Part shown: positions 1 through 10,949 of the stretch, piece after piece
How the letters are laid out: the number at the start of each line of letters is the position of its first letter
Numbering within the stretch: position 1 is the first letter of the stretch
Assembly (NCBI GenBank): GCA_010093745.1
Contig: MU005973.1
Location: forward strand, 124,001-188,000
Origin: Piedraia hortae CBS 480.64
Lineage: Eukaryota
Direction of reading: 5' to 3'
DNA: 64,000 bases
Translations under genes and position numbers: made by a program
The notes under the pieces: model-generated
The model's database searches: none
Told to the model about the DNA's origin: nothing
What the model saw: only the letters and a program-made list of their open reading frames with translations

Positions 1-509
1 AGCGGACGCGACAAGGCCTCTGTTTGGACCAAGAGAAGCTGATGGAAAATACTTTCAAGTTAGGGCACAGGGGCCAGGTAATGCAAACTCTAATCATCAC
101 GTTAATCAAAGTGCTGGTAAGTCATTGCCTGCTGCTGTTTCATTGGTCCTTTGAATCCAATTGGTCAACGTATACACGTCCTGCCCCATGGAGGCAAAAG
201 GTCTTCCCATCATTGGTTGGACAAAAAAGCAAGACCAAACCACAACGAGTTAGCGCTGACTAAGTCGATGACGGACCCGTTGCGGCTTCTCAACACACCA
301 CCCAGGTGGACTTTATTTGCTTCCAGTCATGTTCTTCCCCACGGCGGATTATCCACTTGCAGACATCAATAACACTGCTCTCTGACCAGAATCTGTTCCA
401 CGCGCAGAAGCGTGACGGAGAATGTCGTGACAGCCGCTGACAACACACCACACAGCAATTCATCATTTTGCCTCCAGTTTGCATTTTGCTGATTCCCACC
501 ACACCAATC

Positions 510-1661
510 ATGTACCAGCGTCGGCCTGCAGCCCGTAGCGGCGCCGGCTCTTCGCGCATCACGCCGCCTCAGCGCAAGGTGGTCAACTGCATCGCTGACG
601 ACACTGCTCTGGTGGCCGGCATCAAGAGTACGACGCGCAACGGCATCAGGCAGTGGGTGGCCCGGGGCCACATGCGTCTGTTTGTGCCGCTGCATGCCAT
701 CCAGCAGCTGCAGCGCCAGAAGACGATCGGTCCGCACAGCCGTGACGCTGACGATACGCTCACCTGGCTGGACGATGCCATAACCCGCTATCCGTGGGCC
801 GTAGCCCTACAGGGCGGCGACGACCACTACGAGAGCTGGGCAGACGTCGAGCGCTATGCGGTCCCCCGCCCGCTGCTGTCCGAGACAGACGCCAACGGCT
901 CGGGACCGCGCGTCTCCACGAGCCTGCCGTCGCCCCCGACCAGCCCCGTACAGCAGCCCGCCGCCTCCCCTCCGCGTACCACGACACCAGTGAGCTTGCG
1001 GCCGCTCTTCAACTACATCATTTGGCGCGTGCACCAGGAAGCCAACCTCGTCGCCGCGCTAGACTCGTTCATCTTCCTCTGCAACGACGAGCACAAAGTC
1101 AAGGTTGCCAAAGGCTTTGATGTCAAGTGCAAGCGTTTGGAGGAGCTCCGCGAAGCCATCAACCGCGAGGAGCGCGAACACGGCGTCGGTGATACCGTCC
1201 AGCCCGAGCAAGTTACGGCAGATGAGTCCGACAACGATGAAGACGATGACGACGAAAACGACGAGGAAATCATTCTTTTCAAGCCGCGCAACTGCCAGAA
1301 CGCCCTCATGGATCCGAACGACTTTGACCGCACCACTCGTTCGCCTGCCGTCAATCCCCGTGGAGACGTACGTCATGCGACTTCTCGTCGTGGCGCGCGC
1401 CCTATCACTCCCCGCGGAAATGCACGTCCCGTGACCCCTCGCGGAGGCTGTCGCGGAGGTGGCCGTGGAGACTTTCACAAAAGCCCACGCGGTCGCGGCA
1501 CTGGCGGACGTGGCGGCAACCGCGGCGGAGGATTCGACTTTAGGAGGAACCGCATCGTCACGAATAACGGCCGCGTTGCCAACGCCGGCCAGGTTGATCC
1601 CGATAGCTTCTCCCGTCCCAAGGGCGGCGCTACCGCCGGTAAGCTGTGGGAGCCAACGTAA
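510..1661 (+). CDS. PIN-domain-like protein with acidic patch and C-terminal RGG-rich tail
   Basis: Intronless ORF from ATG 510. The N-terminal 'NCIADDTALV...LFVPLHAIQQL...FLCND...AKGFDV' matches the layout of fungal PIN (SMG5/6-like) domains. RGG/RG repeats lie near the C-terminus. Confidence 0.65.
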   Translation: MYQRRPAARSGAGSSRITPPQRKVVNCIADDTALVAGIKSTTRNGIRQWVARGHMRLFVPLHAIQQLQRQKTIGPHSRDADDTLTWLDDAITRYPWAVALQGGDDHYESWADVERYAVPRPLLSETDANGSGPRVSTSLPSPPTSPVQQPAASPPRTTTPVSLRPLFNYIIWRVHQEANLVAALDSFIFLCNDEHKVKVAKGFDVKCKRLEELREAINREEREHGVGDTVQPEQVTADESDNDEDDDDENDEEIILFKPRNCQNALMDPNDFDRTTRSPAVNPRGDVRHATSRRGARPITPRGNARPVTPRGGCRGGGRGDFHKSPRGRGTGGRGGNRGGGFDFRRNRIVTNNGRVANAGQVDPDSFSRPKGGATAGKLWEPT

Positions 1662-2094
1662 CTATTGTACTGCAAAAGCGCTAGATCCGGATGAACGAAG
1701 CCATGATGGTCATGGACTGCGGAAGCAGACGATGCTATTCAAATGCCATTCAAGCACTGGAAAAAAATCAACCAAGAATCATGGCAAATTGCAAGTGGAA
1801 ATGCTGCAGGAGATTCACAAGTTCAGACTGGGATGATGCGAACCGAGATGGGGATGAAGAGCATTCAGATTGTCCGTGTCCTTCCTTTAGGTTAGATGCT
1901 ATTGATTCTTGTCCCTTTTTTGAGTATTGGTATATGTGCAAAGTTGTCTTTTGCCCTCGGGGAAGGCTAGGGACAATTTCAACCCTCTGTGGTCGTGCCC
2001 ACAAGAAGAGTTGGCTCGAAGCCAAGATCTGGTACCCATCGGCTCGGCGAGGCTTGCGTAGATCGTATCCTACGGTGACTTCACCGTCGTTCCA

Positions 2095-2979
2095 TCATCC
2101 AGCATGTTGTCTATCAGCCGCATCAACAACATTCTGCAGCAGCATCGCAACTGTCATAGGCCCAACACCACCCGGCACGGGGGTAATCAACGATGCAACC
2201 TCCATCGCCTCGCCGAATTCCACATCCCCCACCAATCTCTGCCCCGACTTCTTACTCTCGTCCGGCACGAAATTCGTGCCCACATCGATAACCACCGCGC
2301 CAGGTTTAATCCAATCACCCTTAACCAAACCCGCCTCCCCCACCGCCGAGATGAGAATATCCCCCATCCTCGCCAACTCCCTCACCCCCTTAGTCTTCGA
2401 ATGACACACCGTGACCGTAGCATCCGCATTCCCCAACAGAAAACTGACCGGCGCGCCCACAATATTACTCCGTCCGAGGACAACAGCATGCTTACCCGCA
2501 ATCTCCACCTCACTCTCTTCAAGTAGTGTCATAACGCCCTTGGGCGTACACGGTACGAAGAGCGGCCGCCCGCCTTTCTTCGCAACCTCCCCGAAATTCG
2601 CACTCCCGAACCCATCCACGTCTTTCTCCTGGGCTACTGCCGCGGTGACTCTGTCTTCATCCACATGCTCTGGCAGGGGAAGCTGGACGAGGATCCCATG
2701 TATGCTGGGGTCGCGGTTGAAAGCCTCGATGGAGCGTACGAGCTCCGATTCGGGGACACTGGAGGGGTATGTTTGTAGATTACACGCTATGCCCGCTTCG
2801 CTGGCAGCTTTGAACTTCATGCGGATGTATGTGCTACTATCGCTGCGGTCGCCGACCTGTATTATGACGAGGTTGGGTTTATAGGCTGGATTTGAGGCCT
2901 GTTTGGTCGCGATCTTGGTGTTGAGGCGTTGTCGGATGGACGACGCGATTGATGTCCCGTCGATTCTCTTTGCGGGCAT
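2095..2979 (-). CDS. Methylenetetrahydrofolate dehydrogenase/cyclohydrolase (FolD-type, no synthetase domain)
   Basis: Motifs 'IDGTSIA', 'YIRMK', 'HGILVQLPLP', 'EKDVDGF', 'PCTPKG', 'GRSNIVGAP' and 'TPVPGGVGPMTVAMLLQN' are present. An in-frame upstream ATG at 3072 gives a possible N-terminal extension. Confidence 0.92.
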   Translation of the reverse strand: MPAKRIDGTSIASSIRQRLNTKIATKQASNPAYKPNLVIIQVGDRSDSSTYIRMKFKAASEAGIACNLQTYPSSVPESELVRSIEAFNRDPSIHGILVQLPLPEHVDEDRVTAAVAQEKDVDGFGSANFGEVAKKGGRPLFVPCTPKGVMTLLEESEVEIAGKHAVVLGRSNIVGAPVSFLLGNADATVTVCHSKTKGVRELARMGDILISAVGEAGLVKGDWIKPGAVVIDVGTNFVPDESKKSGQRLVGDVEFGEAMEVASLITPVPGGVGPMTVAMLLQNVVDAADRQHAG

Positions 2980-3163
2980 TTTTGTTGAGAAGGAGCGGAG
3001 GGTTTGGGGATTTATTCGGACGGTTTTAGAGGTGGTTTGGTAAATAGTTTTGAGTGGGACATGCGAGCCCATGGTACCCGGTAGTCTGGTGTGGGTCCAG
3101 GTGGAGGGTCTTGGCGGGGGAGACACTGTGACTTTTTCCAGAGGGCTTGGCTTGGCTGCAACA

Positions 3164-4183
3164 ATGAGACCGATTCTGCTTTCTGGGCACGAGCGCGCGC
3201 TCACACAGGTCAAATTCAGCAAGGAGGGGGATTTTATCTTCTCGGTTAGCAAGGATCCCACGCCGTGCGCGTGGTACAGCCATAATGGCGAGCGGTTTGG
3301 CACGTACAAGGGCCATCAAGGAGCGCTTTGGACGGTTGATGTCGATCCGACGACGACGCTGTTGGTAACGGGCGGCGCTGATAATACGATGCGGCTATGG
3401 GAGATCAAGGCTGGGCGACAGCTGAAACAATGGGAGTTTCCGACGAGTATTCGAAGGGCGGAGTTTTCAGAGGATGGCAAGCTGCTGCTGGGCGTGACGG
3501 AGAAGCGGACAGGACACCTGAGCAATATCTACGTCTATGACATTGTGCCTGATGTCGAGGCCGAGCAGGCGTCGGAGCCGACGCTGCGCATCGAGGTTAC
3601 CGACCTGCCGCGCGTGACTGTCGCCGGATTCTCCTGCCTCAACGACTACATAATCACCGGACACGAGAACGGGTGCGTTGCGCAGTGGGACGCCAGGACG
3701 GGAGAGCTGCTAAAGGAGACGTACCCGCACGAGGACGGTGCGGTGGTGACCGATCTGCAGTGGAGTACGGACCGCACATATTTCATCACAGCTTCAAAAG
3801 ACAAGACGGCGAAACTGATAGATTCCAAGACGCTCGATGTTCTGAAAACCTATGTCGCAGATACACCGCTCAACAGCGCGGCCATCACGCCGACGCCAGA
3901 CTTTGTCATCCTGGGAGGTGGTCAGGCGGCCATGGACGTGACAACCACATCGGCACGACAAGGCAAGTTTGAGGCGAGGTTTTACCACAAGATCTTTGAG
4001 GAGGAGATTGGGCGTGTGCGCGGCCACTTTGGCCCTCTCAACTACGTCGCCGTGTCACCCGACGGAAAGTGCTACTGCTCGGGCAGCGAGGACGGATACG
4101 TCCGAGTGCACCATTTCGACCCGCCGTACTTTGATTTCAAATACGAGGTCGAGCGGGAAAGGGAGCAGGACGCCAGGTTGTAG
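3164..4183 (+). CDS. TIF34: Translation initiation factor eIF3 subunit i (WD40)
   Basis: Starts '[17 protein letters not shown]' and contains '[43 protein letters not shown]'. Intronless. Confidence 0.96.
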   Translation: MRPILLSGHERALTQVKFSKEGDFIFSVSKDPTPCAWYSHNGERFGTYKGHQGALWTVDVDPTTTLLVTGGADNTMRLWEIKAGRQLKQWEFPTSIRRAEFSEDGKLLLGVTEKRTGHLSNIYVYDIVPDVEAEQASEPTLRIEVTDLPRVTVAGFSCLNDYIITGHENGCVAQWDARTGELLKETYPHEDGAVVTDLQWSTDRTYFITASKDKTAKLIDSKTLDVLKTYVADTPLNSAAITPTPDFVILGGGQAAMDVTTTSARQGKFEARFYHKIFEEEIGRVRGHFGPLNYVAVSPDGKCYCSGSEDGYVRVHHFDPPYFDFKYEVEREREQDARL

Positions 4184-4477
4184 AGTAGCTATAATGTTCT
4201 GAAAACAGATGAAGTCAAGAAGGGGACGGCCCGTCCCGTCCCGTCGTCTAGAGTGCCACGTGAATACCGTAACTGACAGTTCGTAATGCGGGTTTGAACC
4301 AAGATGGACGGTGAATGCGCGCTGGGCTTGTGCCTGCACCGCCCCTCCAAAACACCTTAACCTGCTGTAAGACCTCAACAATCCGACCATCTCCCCTACC
4401 ATGACACGCAACCCGCGCCTGCGGGCCTCGTCCAACGTTATCCTCTCCCGCCGTCAAATCCAGCAAAGCGATGCGCC

Positions 4478-5144
4478 CATGGGGACTTCAACCTCCAACG
4501 CCGGCGGTGGCCCCGGCCAAGACGGCGGTCTCTCGCAAAACGAAACGCTAATCAACTATTACTTGGTCTTTCTATGTCTCCTCCTCCTAGTTGCGGGTAT
4601 GATTGTGTTTTTTATCTGGAATCGGAGACGCAAAGTCGCCCAGCGGGCTGCTCTAAGCAGACTGTTGGCTCAGCAGCAGGCAGACGCCGCCGTTTGGGGC
4701 CCGGGTCCGCCGCAAATGGAAGTCAGGAGGGAAGAAGGTCTGAATGAACTGGGAGAGGCCCCGCCGGTTTATGCCCCAAAGAGGACTGAGGATACGGACG
4801 CGGTGCCTCTGGAAGAGCTGGGGAAGCCGCCGGATTATTCGCCTACGGGGGAAGGGGGGAGTCGTCAGGGGCAGCCTACGGCGCGGCCTACCACAGCTGG
4901 GAGCACCACTGCGGGGAATGCTGCAATGGAAGATGCTCTAACGGGGAATACTGCAGCGGGACAGTCAGCGGGACAGTCAGCGGGGCCTCCGCCTCCCACA
5001 GGAGAGAATGCTAGGGAGGCTGACGTGGTGCCTCCGGAGTCTCAGGCCGGACCTACCACGGCGCCTAGAGCAGGGCCACCGCAGCCTACGGTTGAAGATG
5101 TTAGGGAAGGCGACGTTGGACTAGCGAGGACGATGCATCGATGA
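4478..5144 (+). CDS. Hypothetical single-pass membrane protein with PPxY motifs
   Basis: Hydrophobic helix 'YYLVFLCLLLLVAGMIVFFIW' followed by RRRK, then 'EEGLNELGEAPPVY' and 'KPPDY'. The start could instead be ATG 4401. Confidence 0.7.
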
Positions 5145-5208
5145 ATTATTTCCACGAGCGGTCATGAGAGATACTGTAATGTTCCTTTTTCGGCGAAACC
5201 GGTACCAT

Positions 5209-6328
5209 TCATAGCATGCTTCCCAATTTATACGACAGTTTTGTCTCATACTCACAACCAAGTCTATCCCTCAAACCCATGACCATCCCCCACAACAAAT
5301 CTCTTTCCCTCAACCATTTTCCCCCATCATCAATTTTTAACCTATCCAACTCCCTCATAAATCCCTCCAACGCCTCCCTCGTCCTCTTAGCCTTGCTTCC
5401 CTCACTCCCCTCCAACGATGCCGCAAACTTCCACATAACGGCCCTGCAAACTTTTTATAGCCATGGCTGCCTTTTTATCCCTCTTGTCATTATCCCCCTC
5501 CCCTCTGGTGTCCTACCCCTCAAATTCATAAACCGTCCCAAGCGGCAACTTGAACAAACTCCCCACGGGCGCCTTATCGAACCCCTCTTCATCCAACGCA
5601 GGAATGTCTTCCTCCTCTTCCTTCCTCTTCCTCTTCAAACCCCTAAAAACACTCTTCATACAGAACCGGGACGGCAGTCCCTACGATGGGGAGGTTGTCA
5701 GTGTAGAGGTAGTAAGGGGCTTTGATGGATGGGTTGGCGAGGGTTGGTTTTTTTGTTTGATTGAGGGGGCGGTGGGTTTGAATTCGAACGAGTGGATGGT
5801 GGGTTTGAGACTGAGGGTGTTTGGTTTGAGGCAGAGGGCGTTGCCCTGAGTGGGGGGATTGTCTGTTCTAAGGGAGGGATTATCCACCCTGCCGGAAGCA
5901 CGTAGGAATTGATCTACCCGGTCGTAGATCGAGATTGAGAGCTTGTTCACACCGCGGGGGGAGGGGTTGGTGGTGTTAACTATCCGGTAGGGGCGGGTCG
6001 TCGAGGTGTTACCTACCCGGGAGGTTGAATTATCCACCCTGCTTGGCGATCCACCAACCCGAGAGGCTAAGGGACCATCCACCCGCCCCAAGGATCGTCC
6101 CACCTGGATAAGCATGTATCGTTGAGGCAGTCGATACTGCAGGCCTCTTAAGCATGCTGGCGCCCCGCATGTGCGACAAAGAGGCGATATTGCAATCACG
6201 ATGTAGAACTCTGCGCGGGGCATATGGTCTCTGCCCTTCGTGCTGATTTGGGGGTGCCATTCTCTTGTGATTGGGATGATGGGTAGATAGTTATTCCCAC
6301 CAATCGTTTGGACGGAATTTTCATCCAT
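5209..6328 (-). pseudogene. Probable disrupted hypothetical gene
   Basis: ORF 6328-5681 continues in the same frame through TAG codons at 5681-5683 and 5513-5515. It then shifts frame at an A-run near 5455 into the 75-aa ORF ending at 5209. No family recognised. Confidence 0.3.
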
Positions 6329-6486
6329 TTGTCCCTGTTAAGCCGGAGGCGATGGATAAAGGGTTTGGTTGGTTTCGTTTTGGGGCATTGTTCTTTGAGG
6401 AGATTAACAATGGATGGATTGTCACCGACTGGCAAGCTGCTTGCCGACGATTCGTATCAAACATAAATCATGCCTAAGTACCGCAT

Positions 6487-7196
6487 TTAAAAAATCCCAT
6501 TAACAATATTCGCGCCAATGGACGCACCTGCGCCAAATATGGCTGCATTTCCCAATTTCTTTCCAAACTTCTTCCCCATCTCTTGTCCTTTACTTGGGGC
6601 TTCCCCACCTGCTGGTCCGCTGCTCTGACCAGCTACCTCCATCGGCATGTTTCCATAGCTTGACTTCTCCTCCACGCGGACGTAAGACCTGGGGAAGATG
6701 CCTGCTTGTCCCGTCCGGGTATTCCGTCCCGTCCACCACTCCGAGTTGGTATACTCTGTCACTGAGATGACATCGCCGGGGTGCAGGGTCAAGTCACCTG
6801 CGTCAGCACCGGAGTAGGCATACAGCGCTGAGGCCTGGCATAGGGTTGTAGGGCCCACAGCTTGAGGGGCGTAGTAGCCCTGCTGCGGGGCAGAGTTGGC
6901 ATAAGATGGAGGGGGGTCGGCTTTGGAATCTTTCTCGGGCTCTTTGGTCTGTGCCTGGAGGGATTGCGAAGGAGGAGCTACGGCTCCGACGGAGATGGGT
7001 GCATGGAGAGCTGTTTGCTCGGGCAAGCGGCTCAAAAGGTCGGAGAGGGTAGCGGGCGTGATGACGCTAGCGTCACAGAGGTATTCCAGTTCCTAGGGTT
7101 CTGGTGTTAGGGGGGTTGGGGGGGAGGGGAGGGGTAACGGACGGCCTTGATGGTGCGGATTGAACGGTTCGTTTGCGCAACGTGGAAGGCTTCCAT
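6487..7196 (-). CDS. SH3-domain protein of the Lsb1/Pin3 family
   Basis: Exon 1 'MEAFHVAQTNRSIRTIKA', intron 7093-7142, exon 2 'ELEYL...'. SH3 core 'ALYAY...DL...EWWTG...GIFPRSYV'. C-terminus 'KKLGNAAIFGAGASIGANIVNGIF'. Confidence 0.88.
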
Positions 7197-7833
7197 TTTG
7201 GATGTTTGGTAGGGATTGGTGGCTGCTCTGTTGGCTGAGGAGGAGGAGTCACCCAGCGGAACTGCTCCGCGAGAGTTTGAAGACGGGAAATGGGTCAGCC
7301 ACCAACGTAACGTCTCTGCTGCCGAGGGACGGGGTATGATACACTGTTTGGGATCATGGTTCGTATATGGGTTTGTTGCTAGGCTACGTTGATTGCTCCA
7401 GGTATACGAAGAAATGTCCACTGTGACCACGACTGCTGTACAAACAAACAATTCTTGCGTGCTACCGATTCAATCGAGAACATCGACCTGCTCGTTGAAT
7501 TGAGATTGTCCGTCCAAAAGCAGTAAAGAACTGCTCGTCCATGAAGCAAAGACAGTTTCTCCATAACAAGCAGCGAAGAGTAATCTTCACTAATGACTAT
7601 CCAGGAAGAGATGTTCGGAGAAGGCGCATTTCGAAAGTCTGATGCATTTGCAAAGGTTTGATGTTAGCGATCTACCATGATAATGTGCGCAAACTCTCCC
7701 GCCCCTGCCCGGCAAGGAAAGGTTCCATTTGGTTACGTGCAAAGGACGAAACCGCGGTGACCAAAGCCTTGGCCAAGTGAGTGCGAAACTAATGAGATAA
7801 ACACTGCCGAAATCAGAGATGTCGGGGCAATAA

Positions 7834-8541
7834 TTATTCAGGACGTCGTCGAAACACAGCCTGATAGAATCCCCTGACAGCGTTGCTCAGGATGATAACC
7901 TCGCCGTCAACGCAGTTATGAATATAGATGCAGCCCTCTATGCAGAGGCCATTATCAAGAGCCCAGCGGCGGGTAGTGCCTCGAAGGCCGCCTGCGGCTT
8001 CGCTTGGCGTGATCCAACAATTATTCCTCCAAAAGTAAGGGGTGGCAATTGAACCGTCAAATATCAGTCCTTGTCGGTCGTACAAGAGTACCTCTCGTGG
8101 ATCCGAGGGCGAGTGAATGCCAGCCGCAAGGCGAGCGCGTTCATAACAGACGCGATCAGCAGTCTTGAACTTCGTGGCTAGACTTGTTCTAGTCGGGCCG
8201 TTGTCGGGGACCACTGTCCATCCCGGCTCGCTAACTGACGGAGGGAAGGTGGCCGGGAAGAGACCGGTAGCGGACACATGCGTGACACGCGTCACTTCAC
8301 ACGTCAATTCACCCGTTTCGAACACCTTCAGCTTGACACGGTAAGGGCTATTTTGATCATGGTTAATTTTGGTTGTGATCAAGTCAAGGACCTCCAGAGG
8401 ACTATGTGGAAAGGGGAAGTCACAATACTGGCTAGCCTTGCGCAGACGTTCATAGTGGTGATCAAAAAGGTACAACGCACTGTTCCTGGCGCCAACCAGA
8501 GCCGGGTCCCAGCGCAAAGTGGTAAAGACGAACGGATACAT
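7834..8541 (-). CDS. Aminodeoxychorismate lyase / class IV aminotransferase (Abz2-like)
   Basis: Motifs 'FTTLRWD', 'HYERL', 'KFKT..R..YERAR', 'EVLLY...DGSIATPYF', 'GLRGTTRRWAL' and 'LSNAVRG'. The true start is uncertain; the first ATG is used. Confidence 0.8.
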   Translation of the reverse strand: MYPFVFTTLRWDPALVGARNSALYLFDHHYERLRKASQYCDFPFPHSPLEVLDLITTKINHDQNSPYRVKLKVFETGELTCEVTRVTHVSATGLFPATFPPSVSEPGWTVVPDNGPTRTSLATKFKTADRVCYERARLAAGIHSPSDPREVLLYDRQGLIFDGSIATPYFWRNNCWITPSEAAGGLRGTTRRWALDNGLCIEGCIYIHNCVDGEVIILSNAVRGFYQAVFRRRPE

Positions 8542-8725
8542 GCGGAAGACTTCTGGAAGGTGGCATGTGATTCTATTCCAGTCCCTATCGGTCGTCGCAC
8601 CCAATCAGTGACCACGGCTGTCTATTTGCTGTTGTAAACAACTCGCTCAACACATGCATCAATCTTACATATTTACAAACTCTCCATGTCATGTTCGCTC
8701 CTTTGCGCACTTTCACTGGTTCCTC

Positions 8726-9018
8726 TTATCTCTGGGCGCCAGGGTTACGGGCAAAGTCGGGGGAGGGGTCCAGGCTGGCGGGGTAACCTGTGAGCTTGTC
8801 TTCAACGTGTGTGTTTAAATGTGGCAGGTACCCAAGAATCCCACACGTAAAACAATTGCCGTCTCGGTTGTAATTTGTCTGTTCAAGTGTTATCTTTTGA
8901 GCTTGCAACCGAGTCTGCATTGTTCAGAAAGAAAGGTGTCCAATTAGGTGAACTAAATTTGGCGACGCTTCGGCCAAAGCACGGACCCACTCTTTCTCTT
9001 GTCTCCAAATATTGATAA
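8726..9018. promoter_or_regulatory. Three HGATAR (AreA/GATA-type) sites in the ABZ2-like/GS divergent intergenic region
   Basis: TTATCT at 8726-8731 and 8890-8895 (AGATAA on the minus strand), and TGATAA at 9013-9018, upstream of glutamine synthetase. Confidence 0.45.
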
Positions 9019-9058
9019 AGAGCTGACGTCTGCTGGCGACTACATTCGCATTCACAAG

Positions 9059-10265
9059 ATGGTAAGTGCTAGGTGATTGTCCCAGCAGAGCGTTGGTGTT
9101 CATGTCCATCAGGATCCGTATCTCTCCAACACCACTACCCTCCAAAAGTACCTTGCACTCCCTCAAAGGGGTCAGGTTATCGCCGAATACGTTTGGATAG
9201 ATTCAACCGGTTCGACTCGATCAAAATGCAAAACGCTCCCAAAGGCACCTTCATCGATCAAGGATCTGCCGCACTGGAATTTTGACGGATCCTCGACCGG
9301 TCAGGCCATGGGTGACGACTCCGATGTATATCTGCGGCCCGTGGCCATGTACGCAGACCCATTCCGTCAGGGCGACAACATTCTCGTCCTGTGCGACACA
9401 TGGATGGCCAGTGACAAGCCCAATGCCTTCAACTTCCGCCATGACGCTGCCATTCTCATGGAAAAGCACGCCAAGCACGAGGTCTGGTTTGGCTTGGAGC
9501 AAGAGTACACCCTGCTCGATCCCAGTGGCTGGCCATATGGTTGGCCCAAGAACGGCTTCCCGGCTCCCCAGGGCCCTTATTACTGCGCCAACGGCACCGG
9601 TCGTGTGTTTGGCCGAGATATCGTCGAGGCCCACTACAAGGCCTGTATTTATGCCGGCATCAACATTTCCGGTACGAATGCCGAGGTGATGCCCGGCCAG
9701 TGGGAGTACCAGGTTGGCCCCTGCACCGGAATTGAGCTCGGTGATCAGATGTGGATGTCCCGTTTCCTTCTGCACCGTGTGGCAGAAGATTTCGGGATCA
9801 CTGTCACTTTCGCCCCCAAGCCAATCCCGGGTGATTGGAACGGCGCTGGTCTGCACACCAACGTCAGTACCAAGGAGATGCGGGCCGAAGGTGGTATCAA
9901 GGCCATTGAGCAGGCTATGCAGGCCTTGTCCAAACGTCATGCCGAGCACATGCGCGTCTATGGTGAGGGCAACGAGGCGCGCATGACTGGCCGACATGAG
10001 ACGGCTTCATATGATAAGTTCTCTTGGGGCGTCGCGAACCGTGGTGCGTCTGTTCGCATCAACCGTGCGGTGGCAGAGGAGAAGAAGGGATACTTTGAGG
10101 ATCGCCGGCCCGCGTCCAATGCCGATCCGTATCAGATTACCGGCATGATTGTTGAAACGGTAAGCCAGCCACAGGTTGTTCAATCATGACCAAAGCTGAT
10201 GTTTGCAGATTTGTGGAAAGGCGGAAGGCGCAGACATGTTTGGTCGCGCTACAGATGATGCATAA
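9059..10265 (+). CDS. GLN1: Glutamine synthetase (GSII)
   Basis: ATG at 9059 then intron 9062-9112. Motifs 'AEYVWID', 'WNFDGSST', 'FGLEQEY', '[15 protein letters not shown]', 'GDWNGAGLH' and '[10 protein letters not shown]'. Intron 10160-10208, last exon '[11 protein letters not shown]...*'. Confidence 0.95.
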
Positions 10266-10949
10266 ACTGTATTTCGCTATGGGTTGCATGGTAGGGTGGA
10301 GGACTAGGCTGTAGTCGTATTCAATTGTCTCCGGGGAAATTGCTATTTTTACAGTGTGCCGTAAATCGATGAAAGCAAAGACGTTCGTGGTACAGGCGTC
10401 GGTGAGGAAGTGACATGAAAGTGATAGCTTCAAGTGGTTTGAATCGTGATTCCAGTAATGACAAAGGCCTCTATTCAAGCCTCCCTTTTCCGCCAACTCG
10501 CCGGACTGCTGCCGTTCTACATACAGCCTTCAAATGCATAGGCAATCTGCTTCCAGGAGAAATGCTCTAGAAACCTTCGAATTGAAAGAAGTCCGCAACA
10601 TGAAGAGGCAAGTTGCGCTTCGACCGACCCGAAAAGATCGAAATCCCCAACGGGTAGGCCCAACACTCTCCGTTCACCATAAAAATCTTGCCTGGTCGTG
10701 ATCCCTGCAGAGATTGGATTGTTGATGTAGAAGTGGGAAGCTCGTAGATATGGGGGCATAGCGGTCTGGACGGCAGACGGTTGGGATGAACCTTAAACAA
10801 CCCGTGCCAGTTCTGATTGACATTGCTAGGTCGACTGTCGTTCAGGGTTGCTGGCATCCCGGGCCCATTACCTGCGAGCTTCGTTATCCGCCTCCACAAG
10901 CCGACCAAGCCTCGCCAGATGGCACAGCGCGGTCATCGGGGTGTCGATG

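Noticed and set aside
3050..3163. N-terminal extensions of TIF34 and FolD given by the ORF track, implying overlapping CDSs
   Set aside because: They start at non-ATG or upstream codons and lack conserved sequence. The conserved TIF34 start is at 3164.
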